Assembly (NCBI RefSeq): GCF_009914755.1
Contig: NC_060925.1
Length of the DNA: 64,000 nt
Reading direction: 5' to 3' (one strand)
Origin: the human T2T-CHM13v2.0 reference genome, Homo sapiens
Part shown: positions 1-18,889 of the stretch, piece after piece
Position numbering within the stretch: the stretch's first letter is position 1
Layout: each line of letters begins with the position of its first letter
Translations under genes and position numbers: made by a program
Notes under the pieces: model-generated
What the model was told of the DNA's origin: nothing
Database searches by the model: none
Seen by the model: only the letters and a program-made list of their open reading frames with translations

Positions 1-929
1 TTCTCTTATATCACCTAGATATTATTTTCAGATGAAATCTAAGTACTTTATTTCATTATTTATAGGTTTAAAATATACTACATGTATGACATACAAATAA
101 ATGTTCTTTTTCAGTTCACTAATTCTACAATAAAAGCCTTTTGATTCTATTAGCTAAACATTCCTGAGCTGGCAGATAGAGGCCTTGGAAAACAGTACAA
201 ATGCTTGCTTATCAAATTAAATCTTGCTTATAAATTAAGAAGCGATTCAAACAGCAATTGTTTAACATGCATAGCTACTTCAATAGAAAGGGAGAGATGG
301 TTTCTGGACTCTAAATTGAGTATAGTTTGAATTTGAGGAAACCTGATGTTAATAAGTAAAAGTTTTTACTATGCAGCATAATATGACTTTTACATAAACA
401 ATTACTTTGTAGCCTTTTGAAATTATACAATTGATAGCACAGAGGAATACTTCATTTTTAATAACTTAAAACTTTTATCCTATGAAATTTTCATAGCAGA
501 GCTTATCATTACTCAGTAGCACTATTTGTAAAATGTATTGCTAAAGCCCTGCTCTTAGGGAAAATATATTCTAGTATCGTGGGGAAAAAAAAGAAAAAAG
601 AGAGAAACAGAGTTAGAAGAATTTGATTATGTTAAAATTGTTTATTTAGCATATTGCCTAAAATTTCCCATGTATGAGAAAGTGTGATTTCCAATTATTG
701 AATACATTTCTATGTTCCACAGCCATATAGAGATATAACTAAAGGTGGAAAAATATCACCAACAAGAAACAAAATATAAAACAATGTTCATGTAGGGATT
801 ATATTTTTAGGAAACTTCTTTATTCTTTTATTCAGCAAATATTTATTAAGCTGTTATTCCATTGAGGGCACTGTGTTTGTTTCCCTGGTGTGTAGCAATC
901 CATCTCCTCATGGGGGTGGTCATGTGTTA

Positions 930-1130
930 TGAGAAGAGTTTTGACTTTGGTATATGTAGACCAGGGATTAATTTTCGAATCCATCCCTTGTTAGTGGGCT
1001 AGCACTGCATTATCCTGAGATTGTTTCTTATCTGCAAAATAGAAGTACAACAGATGTGTCATGAGTTCATGAGCATTAATTGAGATATTGTCTATAAATC
1101 AAGTGGCAGAGCATCTGATTTAGAATTCAG
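930..1130 (+). mobile_element. MIR SINE relic
   Basis: Degenerate MIR core (ttcttatctgcaaaatagaag...attaattgagatattg); boundaries approximate. Confidence 0.45.
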
Positions 1131-1325
1131 TAGTTCTTGGGATTTTTGTGCTGAAAGAGGTAAAACCGAAGATATTTACATGCCAATAAAATCTCTTTCA
1201 TAATGAGGAAAAACTTCATGTAAAAATATGTGCTGAAATCACTTCAGAATGATAAAATATTTTATAATGATAAATAAATAATAATGACATTTATTTTAGT
1301 TTCAAAATACTTAATTATTAGTTAT

Positions 1326-1777
1326 TGATGATGGTTAATTTTATACGTTAACTTGACTGGACTAAGGGATGCCCAGATAGCTGGTTAAACATTATTTCTG
1401 AGTGTATTATTGAAGATGCTCCCATAAGAGATTAGCATTTGAATCAGTTAAACAAGTGAAAAAAAAAGTCTATCTTCACCAGTGTGAGTAGGCATCATCT
1501 AATCTATTGAGGGCCCCAATAGAACAAAAAGTGGAGGGAAGAAGGGTGAATTTTCTCTCTTCTTGAGCTGGGACATCCATCTTCTCATGCCCTTAGTTTT
1601 GGATCTTCTAGTTCTCTGCCTTTAGACCCTGGGACTCACATTATTAGCCCCCTGGTTCTCATGTCTTCAGACTCAAACTAAATTATACCACTGGCTTTCT
1701 TAGTCCTCTAGCTTGTAGACCAGATTGTCAACTGCTCAGCTACCATAATCTTATGAGCCATTTCCCAAAAAGTAGGA

Positions 1778-1808
<31 letters not shown>

Positions 1809-2220
1809 CTATAAATAAAGAATATACATATGTATATTCCTTATTTTTGGGAAATAAGGTACATGTATTAGTCTATTTCTTCAGAGAAACAGAACCAATA
1901 AGGAATTTATATATATATCATATATATTCCTTGTTTTTTATTTATATACATTATATATATATATATATGGAATAATATTCATGATGGTTAATTTTATATG
2001 TTAACTTGACTGGACTAAAGGATGCCCAGATAGCTGGTTAAACTTATTATTAAAACATATATGTATCAACAAACATATATATTCCATATATATGGAATAT
2101 ATATTATAATATATGGAATATATATAAATAAGAACTAAAGAATATATATCTTATAAATAAATAAGGAATATATATATATTAATTATTGGTTCTGTTTCTG
2201 TGAAGAAACATACTAATACA
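1326..2220 (+). mobile_element. MLT2-family (ERVL) solo LTR with an expanded, rearranged internal TA tract
   Basis: Starts TGATGATGGTTAATTTTATACGTTAACTTGACTGGACTAAGGGATGCCCAGATAGCTGG, ends TATTGGTTCTGTTTCTGTGAAGAAACATACTAATACA, matching MLT2 termini; (TA)n at the position where MLT2 LTRs usually carry it. Confidence 0.85.
1778..2180. repeat. (TA)n / AT-rich low-complexity tract with embedded local duplications
   Basis: Pure TA run about 1778-1804 and many TATATA blocks interleaved with copies of nearby sequence. Confidence 0.9.
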
Positions 2221-2339
2221 TGTACCTGACTAATATATTTACCTTAGGTTTAGAGAGTTTGAAAACATATATTCAAATATAAATAATATTAACTAAAGAA
2301 ATAACTAGAAATCCATAACTAAAGTTAAGAAGTGACATG

Positions 2340-4330
2340 GCAAGCATTTTCAAAGTTTTATCATGTTCCCTGGGTGTCCCTCCTCAATTATACCAGCCTT
2401 ATTCACCTTCAAAAGGAAACTACCATTCTGATTTGTGTGCTAATAAGCCCATTACATTTCTGTAGTTTTTGCTATGTATACTGGTGACTCTAAGGAATAT
2501 ATAATTAGGGTTTTCTATTTTCACATTTTTAAATTACAAGGTTATATTTTGTTTGGTTACATGATATATTCCTCCCAATATTATGTTTTGGGAATTAAAT
2601 TAATCTAATTCATAATTGTAGTTAATTTATTCTGACTGCTGAGCACAATTGTTAATTCTACAACTGATCAGCATTTAAAATGTAAACTTTTCTTTTTTCT
2701 ATTGCAAATGCTATTGCCTTGTAAATTGCCTTCTGCACATGTGCAAAATTTTCCACAATGTGTACACCTAGGAATGAATTTTGCCCATTCGACTTTACTA
2801 CACACTGGCAAGTTATCTTCCAAAGTGTTTGCAGCAATTTTCACCTCATGAGCAGTGGATGAATGTTGACATTGTGCTGCATGGTTGTCAACACATTGTG
2901 TTTTAAAATGATATGTTATTGAAACATCAATATACACTTCCGGGGTTGCTAATAAATTTAAGCGTCTGTTCATGTATTCAAAGGTCATTCATCTACCTCC
3001 TCTATGAAATGCCTGTTTGCTTTTTGTTGTTGTTGTTCAATTTTAATTGGTTGTTTCCTTTTTTTCTTGTTGATTGATTGGTAGGATACTAATCCTTTGT
3101 TGGTTATATATGTTGTGAAATTTTTTCTCAGTTCTTAATTTGTACATTGTAGTCTCTATGATGTCTTTTGATGACCAAAAGTTCATAATTTTAATCAATA
3201 ATATATTTTATGTAAAATATATTACACTCTATCGTAAGCATTTTCTGTTTCTTGCTTAATAAACTGTCTCCTTCCCTGAGGTCATAAATTGTCCTGTAAT
3301 AATTATATAAGTCTCCATTCCCACTTACATTTTTATTCATCTACAGTTGATTCTTTAAATGATGTAGAGTTAATCTGACATTTTTTCTCAAGTGGTAAAC
3401 AATGATCCCAGAACCATTTATGAAAAACCATACTACTCTCCATTGATATACATTGCCAACTATCAAAAATTAAGTTAAATTTTCATATATGCATGTGATC
3501 ATTTCTGAACTGTCTGTTCTGTTGCATTTGTCTAGAATTCTATTCTTGAACCAATGTGGTATTATTAAAATTACTATAGCTTCACAGTAATTTTTATTAT
3601 AGTTAAGAAAATATTCTTCTTCAGGACTAGTTTTGGCCCTTTATTCTCTCAAATAATTTTAAAAACTAGTTTGTAAAATTTTACAAAGATCCTGAGAGAA
3701 TATTGATTAGAACTGATCCTTAGAAAAGTGGCATTTTTATTATAGTGAACGTTCCTAACTAAAGATGTAGACACCTATTCATATTCAGGTCTTGTATAAC
3801 ATCAAATCAATGTCAAAATATTTTTCACCAAGCTCTTGAACTATTTTCTTAGCTTTATTTATAGATAGCATTTGCTTTTTCCTCTTCCTATAAATAATAA
3901 ATGTTTTATCTTAAATTACATTGTTTAGCCAATCATTACTTTTAGTTTACATATTGGTTTGGTATCCATTATCCTTGTTAAGGTCTTTTATTAATTCTAC
4001 TATGCTATCTGTGGATTTTTAACTTCAATTTTATCATCTGCCATCATGACAGGTTTTTTTTTGCATTTTACTCACTATAGCTTATTTGTTGTTGCTGTTG
4101 CTGTCGTAACTGTGCTGCCAGGACCTTCAGTGCAATATTAAGGAAAAGGGGCAAGACTGTGAAAGTGGGCATCCTTGCCTTGTCTCTGATATTAAAGAGA
4201 ATAATTTCAACATTTCACCTTTATATGTAGCATGCGCTCTAGATTTTTTTTTTATGTGTCCTATGTCAGCTTAAGGAAGTTCCTATCCTTTTTTGATCTC
4301 TGTTTGTTTTTACTTCTTGAATGGACATTT
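2340..4330 (-). mobile_element. Old mammalian LINE-1 (L1M/L1ME-type) 3' UTR and ORF2 3' fragment
   Basis: T-rich antisense L1 motifs, e.g. gtgggcatccttgccttgtctctgatattaaagagaa (~4165) and gatactaatcctttgttggttatatatgttg (~3085); no intact ORF. Confidence 0.7.
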
Positions 4331-4339
4331 TTAGAATGC

Positions 4340-4740
4340 CTAGCCCTTACAAATGATCAAAACAAAAAGTCTTACACTTTCTGGCTCCCAGTGATCTTCT
4401 CCATCTCCCTTTCCATCCCACTTCTACTCTACCACAGTCCCAGTCACACTGGACCCCTTTTTACTCCTCTAACACTCCAGTCATGCTTCTACCTCATGTT
4501 TTTGTTTGATGTATCCTCTACTCTTTCCCCAAAATATGTGCATGTGTTCCCTCTTCCTCCTTCACAGTCTTTGGGTTATTACTAGAAAGTCTCCTTCTTA
4601 AAAATGCATTCCAGGGATGCCCCACTTAAAATTGCAATTCTTACTCTCACTATGATACTTACTGTTTTCCTTCCTCACTTTATCTTGACATTGGAACTTA
4701 TTTGTAGTATGCTATATGTATATTTTTTATCTTGTTAGTG
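4340..4740 (+). mobile_element. L2 LINE relic
   Basis: Pyrimidine-rich L2 3' region motifs (ccagtcacactgg...ttcacagtctttgggttattactagaaagtctccttct). Confidence 0.5.
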
Positions 4741-5438
4741 TTTTATTAAGGAAAAATTTCTCTTTAAGTATGAATATCTGCTTTCACAAATAAATCAACT
4801 GAGAAACTGTTAGAGACAAATAGACTTGATTCTGTCTCCTCCATTAAATGCTTACTATCATTCTAGGTAAGCTGAGTGTTCTTTGTCAAAAGGGAAAATA
4901 GTTCGAGAAGCTTTCAGTAATATATAAATATATTTGCTGCAATTTATTCCATTGATCATGTCTTCTCTGACTAGGCACAAGGGCTAAGTTATGGTTATAG
5001 TTGTTGTTCATTTGTTTTTTATATTTTATCTATGAGATAATTATTGTCTCAATTACAGAAGAATACAGTTCTTTTCCTAGTTAAAAAAAAAAGTGACATA
5101 TAGAGTAACAAAAACTTATTTTTTAACATGAAGCAGATTGACTAGAACTATGTTTCTATGGCTACTAAAATTATCCAACAACAAGAGATAAAATAACAGG
5201 CAGATTACTGAATATTATGGTCTCAGTATATTTTGTTTTCTTATGGGCATTTTACAAGTAATAACAATTGTCTTTTATTTAAACTAGAGAAAAAGTGAGT
5301 AAATTTTCACTTATTTATAGAATCACTGCATTGTGGTAGACAAAAGTAAGCTTGTTGACTTTGTCTGACATTGAGCTGTTGTTGGTAGTTTTACAAGAGG
5401 AGGAAGGATTAGGTAGATTATAAATGGAAAAAGGGCAT

Positions 5439-8008
<2,570 letters not shown>

Positions 8009-8014
8009 GGCAGA

Positions 8015-8823
8015 CTGTGGCCAATACTGCAGATTAGCTTTTCAAGTCCCTTCCAATCCACTCTATTGGGGAAGCTGAAAAACTTAAAGCTTCTCACCGT
8101 GGGGTGGGGGGACTAGGATGAGACAAGTGAGGTGTCTAGGCCCCAAAATTTAAGGAGGCATTCAACTTCAAGCTTATGCAAGTACGGGACTGGCATGTGA
8201 GAATGAGTGCCTCCTTAAACTTTGTGCCCTGGATATCTTTCTTGCCTTGCACTAGTCCCAGTCTTGCTTCTCAGGTTCCCTGTAAGCTTATCTCCATATG
8301 TGACCCAGCTTCTGCTAAGACAGTGCACCTTTGGAGATTTAGAAGTAAGAAGTGATGCAGGATCCCTGCTCCTGGGAATTTTTTTGTTACTACTGGAAAG
8401 CAAGGATGAGAAATTTGGTGTTTGGGTTTTATTAGCATCATCAGAGGTTTCAGTAATTGGTCCCCACGTATGTAGGCATTGAAAGGAGAATTCAAGGAAG
8501 GACATTCATTTGCTGGCATGAAACAAAGATGTGCTGAGTAGTGGGGTCTTAGAGCTAAGAGTTTGATGGCAACATCTTGATCTTCAGACTTCAGCAGAGC
8601 TGGGATGATCCTGGAACCAGGAACTAAAGAAGCAGCTCCTGACTCCAGAAGCTTCCTGATCAGACAGGCAGCAACTCCCTTAGTGGCCTTTCTATGTTGG
8701 TGTTCAGGAATTAATCTTAGATGCTTAACCTCCAGCTGCCCTTTTGATGTGCCAACAGTTTTCTTAGCACATTATTTCCTTTTTGCCTTTCTGATACCTG
8801 TGACATGAGCCTTGACTGATACA
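8015..8823 (+). mobile_element. Ancient ERVL-type LTR (LTR33/LTR16-like), interrupted by a MITE
   Basis: Ends ...gagccttgactgataca, typical of old ERVL LTR 3' ends; family uncertain. Confidence 0.4.
8103..8266. mobile_element. Palindromic hAT-type MITE (MER96-like)
   Basis: Arms 8109-8163 (gggactagg...aaaatttaaggaggcattc) and 8205-8259 (gagtgcctccttaaactttg...ctagtccc) are imperfect inverted repeats. Confidence 0.7.
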
Positions 8824-9168
8824 AACAGAGAATGAATGGTTTTCTCTATTTCTCTAAAGACTGAAATAAGGAGTTTTCTGGCATATCACCAGGATTGACT
8901 AGAAACAAATGAGTCCCCAGAAAATATTTGTTTAATACATATTTCTTTTTACATATATACATATGTTTATATACATATATTTTTTTAATATTCATCATAT
9001 TAAACATATGGATGCTAGTTTAGACTGATAAAGAGAAAATTCACTTTGTGCCATGCAAATAAATCAATCAACAATTCTGTGATTGTGATTAGACTCTGCT
9101 CTAGAGTCTGGGAGATGAGAAACACAAAAAATATATGATATAAGTTCTTCTTCAAAAAACATATAACT

Positions 9169-9467
9169 GGCCGGGCGCGGTGGCTCACACCTGTAATCCC
9201 AACACTCTGGGAGGCTGAGGCGGGCAGATCACGAGGTCAGGAGATCAAGACCATCCTGGCTAACATGGTGAAACCCCATCTCTACTAAAAGTACAAAACA
9301 AAATTAGCCGGGCATGGTGGCAGGGGCCTGTAGTCCCAGTTACTCAGGAGGCTGAGGCAGGAGAATGGCGTGAACCTGGGAGAAGGAGCTTGCAGTGAGC
9401 TGAGATTGCACCACTGCACTCCAGCCTGGGTGACAGAGTGAGACTCCGTCTCAAAAAAAAAGAAAAG
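9169..9467 (+). mobile_element. AluY-type SINE
   Basis: Y diagnostics GATCACGAGGTCAGGAGATC, GGCTAAC, AATGGCGTGAACC, GAGCTTGCAGT; TSD aaaaacatataact / aaaaacatgtaact. Confidence 0.92.
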
Positions 9468-11169
9468 AAAAACATGTAACTATAATCATTTATCATTTTA
9501 ATGAAAATAAAGAACTTGAAGTTATGAAAATAAGATTGCTCTCCAAGAAGGCAAGAAGTTTCTGTAACAGCCAATATATAATGATTCAGGGCATTCATAT
9601 TCAAAGTTATCTAACTGAATATATGAGTGATTACAAAGAAAGAGTCTATCAATGAAAGGGGTGAGGGACTGGTCTGCCACAGAATAATGATACAAGAAGA
9701 GTCACAAAGGCAAGACTGTTGTCTCCACTGAAGTACTGGCCAGAATAGAGGAGCCATAGTCACGGGTCTTGAGTAGCTCCAGTTTCTACTGCATTGGAAA
9801 GAGCATTCCCATTACACAAACGTGACAAATTATTATAGCTTTATACCACTACACTTCCGGTTTCTCCAATGCCCTTTATTCTATTTTTTTTGCCCCAAGT
9901 GATAGTTTAATTATGTTTTGGAGGAAGTATACTGATCATTTTCATCCACTTTCTGTTTTGTTGCAGTAGTTATACGTCTCATAAACTGTGATATTGCTAT
10001 TCTTTCTTCATTCATCACTCTTCGATTCACTTTATGGGTATCTGTGGCTACAAAATATATTCCTTCTTGATATCTTCATAAAATTAAGTTTGAAGACTAA
10101 AAACTGAAGGCCTGGACTCTGGAAAATTTACCAGTACTAACCCATGATGCCTCTTCTCAGAAAACGAATGCATCCTTCCACAGGAAACAGGCACAAACCA
10201 GACACTGAAAGACAGCAAGTACAATGTACTTTCCTAGAGCATAAGAGAATGACTCTTATAGGTCCTATGCTACTTACTGACCCATTTCATCTGAACTTCT
10301 AAAGTTTCTAAAGCTATGCCCAAATTTTCTTTTCCTGTACAGGTATATTGAAATCTAATCCAAATAATGCATATATACTAAAATAGAATATCCATGTCAT
10401 ATAATTTTAAATGGCAGCAAATGTTTTCTATATGATTTATTATTCTAGATGATCTCTAAAATAATTTTCAACTATACAAATCTAGAGTATCTAACATGTT
10501 CACCATCTCTTTAGGTTCCTGAGTGCTTCCAATATGGTGGCTTTAATGTTAAATTATGAATGCTTAAAAATCAAATTTAATCTAAACTCCAAAATGCTTA
10601 TACTTCTTTTTCGTCATGTAGGCTTCAGTGAATAGTAAATGATTTACAAATGTTTCTTGATAATGATGAAACAAGTTTATTTTAACTAGACTATGCTAAT
10701 AAATGAATTATACCTTTTATAATTTTTTTCTATAGCCAAATTTGAGAAAATGAGTAATATATTTGCCACTTAATCCCTTTATCTCTTTTATAAAAATAGT
10801 CAGGATAATTTAGATTCAATTTTGTACCAAGAGAAGGGGATTGTGACTTGGGATTTGTGGACCCTTTACCAGCCCTCCAAAGTATATCTAATCCCAGACT
10901 ATTTATAAGCCACAAAATATCATCCCCAAATTTTTGATACAATAATAATATCTCATAACTCATTTCTAGTGCTTTGCATTTTTAAAGGTGCTTTTGCAGC
11001 TATCATCTATTAACTTTAGCTTGTAAGCAAACTTGTTCTGTAGGCTGGACAAGTGTAATTTACTATTCCTATCATGTAGTTGTAGAAAATGGGACTTACA
11101 GGGTGTTGTACTGGGTTCCTACTCACCTGGTTACTTAGTAGTAGATCGAAGTCTGAATTGAAGTGTTTT

Positions 11170-11525
11170 TCTCCTTCCTTAAATCAACTGTATTAAGGTA
11201 TAATTTACAAACAATGCAATTCACTCATTTAAAATATAAATTTGGTGTTTGAAAATTTTATATATCCATGAAACCACTATCACAATAAGGATTTACAACA
11301 CCTACATCAACTAAACCAATTCTCTTGTGCCATTTTGCAACAAATCCCTCACCACCACCACACATGGCCCTAGGCAATCATTGACAGGTTTCTCTCCATA
11401 GAGATTGGTTTTACCTCTTCTAAAATGTCATATAAATGAAATAGTGCAGTGTGTGCATTTTTGTGTCTGGCTTATTTTGCTAAACATGTATTTGAGATTC
11501 ACTCAAGTTGCTGTGTGTGTCATTA
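11170..11525 (-). mobile_element. Old L1 (L1MB/L1ME-type) 3' end fragment
   Basis: tattaaggtataatttacaaacaatgcaattcactcattt... and tcatataaatgaaatagtgcagtgtgtgcatttttgtgtctggctt motifs. Confidence 0.7.
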
Positions 11526-12049
11526 TGGACTAAGCCCTTTGAATCCTGCAAATGGTTATTTCTAAGAGACAGTGTTCTAATGCTCCCTTCTTTCCATTCC
11601 AGCTTTAAATAGCCCTATATTTTCATTCCACTGGACTATTAAAAGTCTCTTAACTAATATGCTCATTTTGAGTCTCCATCCTATCTATCGTACTGTTAAA
11701 GAGTGCTGTTTCAAATATACAGCTTTGTCAACCCATTGCCTAACATCACTTCTCCTAAAGCAGTAGTTCTCCAAGTGCTCCACAGAATGTCATGGGGTGG
11801 CAAGAGCAAGATGGGTAAGCTCTGCTTCTGGATCCACCTTTGTGCCTTCAGTTGGAGCAAACCAATGTCTTATCCAGTTGTATATCAGACTTCCATGAAA
11901 ATTTTTAATTGTAGAAAAATTTATTTCCTTTAAACATTTGTAGCTAATCTATGGAACACATCTATTCTCTGGCGACTGGCTGCCCCTCCAATTTGTGTTT
12001 CATACAGAACCCCCTCTTCAGTCATTTTTCTACCATCACAGATATAAAT

Positions 12050-12330
12050 CCCACATAGCCATGCACCACACCCTTAAATCACCAGGCTCTTTCACTGGCA
12101 AGTCCTTTGCTCCAACTGCTCCATTTTCCTGGAGTAGTTTTCTACCCCCCACTTTTATTTATCTAGCAAGCACATACTCATGGCTTAAGACTTTAAGCTA
12201 TAGGTACAACTTATTTATGAAGTTTCCCATACTTCATCCCCTAATATGTAGTAATAACAGCTTCTTACTTATAACCACAGTTTCCTAAACATATTAACAC
12301 TGTACTGGGAAAATACTTTTTTATATCCAT
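12050..12330 (+). mobile_element. L2 relic
   Basis: cctttgctccaactgctccattttcctggagtagttttct...tactcatggcttaagact motif. Confidence 0.4.
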
Positions 12331-12879
12331 GCCCATTTTTTAGTAATTATATACATTTATATGATTATCTTGAAAGTAACCACTGTACATAACACTGACA
12401 CTAACCAATGGCCACAGCTAATTTATATGGAGTAATTCATGACTCAACTCAGGCCAGTGAGAGACTCTCCCCACTTGCTGCCATCTAGACACATCCATGG
12501 TTCAGGATGGGCATGTGATACAGAATAGGTCACTCAGAGGTCATAAGTTTTCATTTTTGCTTAGGCTAGTTCCAGTTAAACTTTTGTTACTTGTGACTGA
12601 AAACACTCCTAAAAGTTTTTAACACCGAAGTGCATTTATTTGTTTTTTCTAATTTGCATTTTATCTTTCTTTTTTTGTTATTATACTTTAAGTTCTAGGG
12701 TACATGTGCACAACGTGCAGGTTTGTTACATTGTATACATGTGTCATGTTGGTGTGCTGCACCCATTAACTCACCATTTACATTAGGTATTCCTCCTAAT
12801 GTTATCCCTCCCCACTCCCCCAACCCCACAACAGGCCCCAGTGTGTGATGTTCCCCACCTTGTGTCCAAGTGTTCTCAT

Positions 12880-16692
<3,813 letters not shown>

Positions 16693-16755
16693 TATGATGT
16701 TAGCTGGTTATTTTGCTTGGTAGTTGATGCAGTTTCTTCCTAGCATTGATGGTCT

Positions 16756-17776
16756 TTACAATTCGGCATGCTTTTGCAGTGGCTGGTACCGGTTTTTCCT
16801 TTCCGTGTTTAGTGCTTCCTTCAGTAGCTCTTGTAAGGCAGGCCTGATGATGATAAAATCTCTCAGCATTTGCTTGTCTATAAAGGATTTTATTTCTCCT
16901 TCACTTATGAAGCTTAGTTTGGCTGGATATGAAATTCTGGGTTGAAAATTCTTTTCTTTAAGAATGTTGAATATTGGCCCCCACTCTCTTCTGCCTTGTA
17001 GAGTTTCTGCTGAGAGATCTGCTGTCAGTCTGATGGGCTTCCCTTTGTGGGTAACCTGACCTTTCTCTCTGGCTGCCCTTAACATTTTTTCCTTCATTTC
17101 AACCTTGGTGAATCTGACAATTATGTGTCTTGGAGTTGTTCTTCTCGAGGAGTATCTTTGTGGTGTTCTCTGTATTTCCTGAATTTGAATGTTGGCCTGC
17201 CTTGCTAGGTTGGGGAAGTTCTCCTGGCTAATATCCTGCAGAGTGTTTTCCAACTTGGTTCCATTCTCCCCGTCACTTTCAGGTACACCAATCAAACATA
17301 GATTTTGTCTTTTCACATAGTCCCACATTTCTTGAAGGCTTTGTTCGTTTCTTTTTTCTCTTTTTCCTCTGAACTTCTCTTCTCACTTTAATTCATTTGA
17401 TCGTCAATCATGATACCCTTTCTTCCACTTGATCTAATCATCTACTGAAGCTTGTGCATTGATCACATAGTTCTTGTGCCATGATTTTCAGCTCCATCAG
17501 GTCATTTAAGGTCTTCTCTACTCTGTTTATTCTAGTAAGCCATTCATCTAATCTTTTTTCAAGGTGTTTAGCTTCTTTGTGATGGGTTTGAGCATCCCCC
17601 TTTAGCTCAGAGAAGTTTGTTATTACCGATCTTCTGAAGCCTACTTCTGTCAACTCATCAAAGTCATTCTCCATCCAGCTTTGTTCCATTATGGGTGAGG
17701 AGCTACGATCCTTTGGAGGAGAAGAGGCACTCTGATTTTTAGAATTTTCAGCTTTTCTGCTCTGGTTTCGCCCCAT
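16756..17776 (-). pseudogene. L1 ORF1p (RNA-binding chaperone), disrupted
   Basis: ORF pieces 17438-17776 (MGRNQSRKAENSKNQSASSPPK...) and 16756-17328 (...WDYVKRQNLCLIGVPE...PRISYPAKLSF...). Confidence 0.93.
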
Positions 17777-17779
17777 CTT

Positions 17780-18814
17780 TGTGGTTTTATCTACCTTCGG
17801 TCTTTGATGATGGTGACCTACAGATGGGGTTTTGGTGTGGATGTCCTTTTTGTTGCTGTTGATGCTATTCCTTTCTGTTTGTTAGTTTTCTTTCTAATAG
17901 TCAGGACCCTCAGCTGCAGGTCTGTTGGAGTATGCTGGAGGTCCACTCCAGACCCTGTTTGCCTAGGTATCACCAGCAGAGGCTGCAGAACAGAAATATT
18001 GCAGAACAGCAAATGTTGCTCCCTGATCCTTCCTCTGGAAGCTTCGTCTCAAAGGGGCACCTGAATGTATGAGGTGTCAGTCGGCCCCTACTGGGAGGTG
18101 TCTCCTGGTTAGGCTACTCGGGGGTCAGGGACCCACTTGAGGAGGCAGTCTGTCCATTCTCAGATCTCAAACTCCATGCTGGGAGAACAACTGCTCTCTT
18201 CAAAGCTGTCAGACAGGGCGGTTTAAGTCTGCAGAAGTTTCTGGTGCCTTTTGTTCAGCTATGCCCTGCCCCCAAAGGTGGAGTCTACAGAGGCAGGCAG
18301 GCCTCGTTGAGCTGCAGTGGGCTCCACCCAGTTTGAGCTTCCTGGCCGCTTTGTTTATTTAGTCAAGCCTCAGCAATAGCAGACGCCCCTCCCCCAGCCT
18401 CGCTGCCACCTCACAGTTCCATCTCGGACTGCTGTGCTAGCAGTGAGCAAGGCTCCATGGGTGTGAGACCCCCTGAGCCATGCACGGGATATAATCTCCT
18501 GGTGTGTCGCTTGCTAAGACCATTGGAAAAGCACCGTATTAGGGTGGGAGTGTCCCCATTTTCCAGGTACCGTCTGTCATGGCTTCCCTTGGCTAGGAAA
18601 GGGAATCCCCTGACCCCTTGCACTTCCCGGGTGAGGCAATACCCTGCCCTGCTTCGGCTCACACTCCGTGGGCTGCACCCACTGTCCAACAAGTCCCAGT
18701 GAGATGAACCCGGTACCTCAGTTGGAAATGCAGAAATCACCTGTCTTCTGCATTGCTCACACTGGGAGCTGTAGACTGGAGCTGTTCCTATTCGGCCATC
18801 TTGGAACAATCTCC
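17780..18814. promoter_or_regulatory. L1 5'UTR with internal sense promoter (minus) and antisense promoter region (plus)
   Basis: Complete 5'UTR upstream of the ORF1 ATG; intact YY1 core; activity not demonstrable from sequence, many CpGs decayed. Confidence 0.6.
18376..18702 (+). pseudogene. L1 ORF0-homologous antisense frame (canonical ATG changed to ATA; in-frame ATG at 18457)
   Basis: Frame reads IADAPPPASLPPHSSISDCCASSEQGS-MGVRPPEPCTGYNLLVCRLLRPLEKHRIRVGVSPFSR, collinear with ORF0p MAGAPPPASLPPCSLISDCCAS...VGVGPSEPGVGYSLVVRRFLSRSEKRNIRVGVTRFSR as recalled. Confidence 0.75.
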
Positions 18815-18824
18815 TATCTTTCTC

Positions 18825-18839
18825 TTTTTAATTATAATT

Positions 18840-18889
<50 letters not shown>

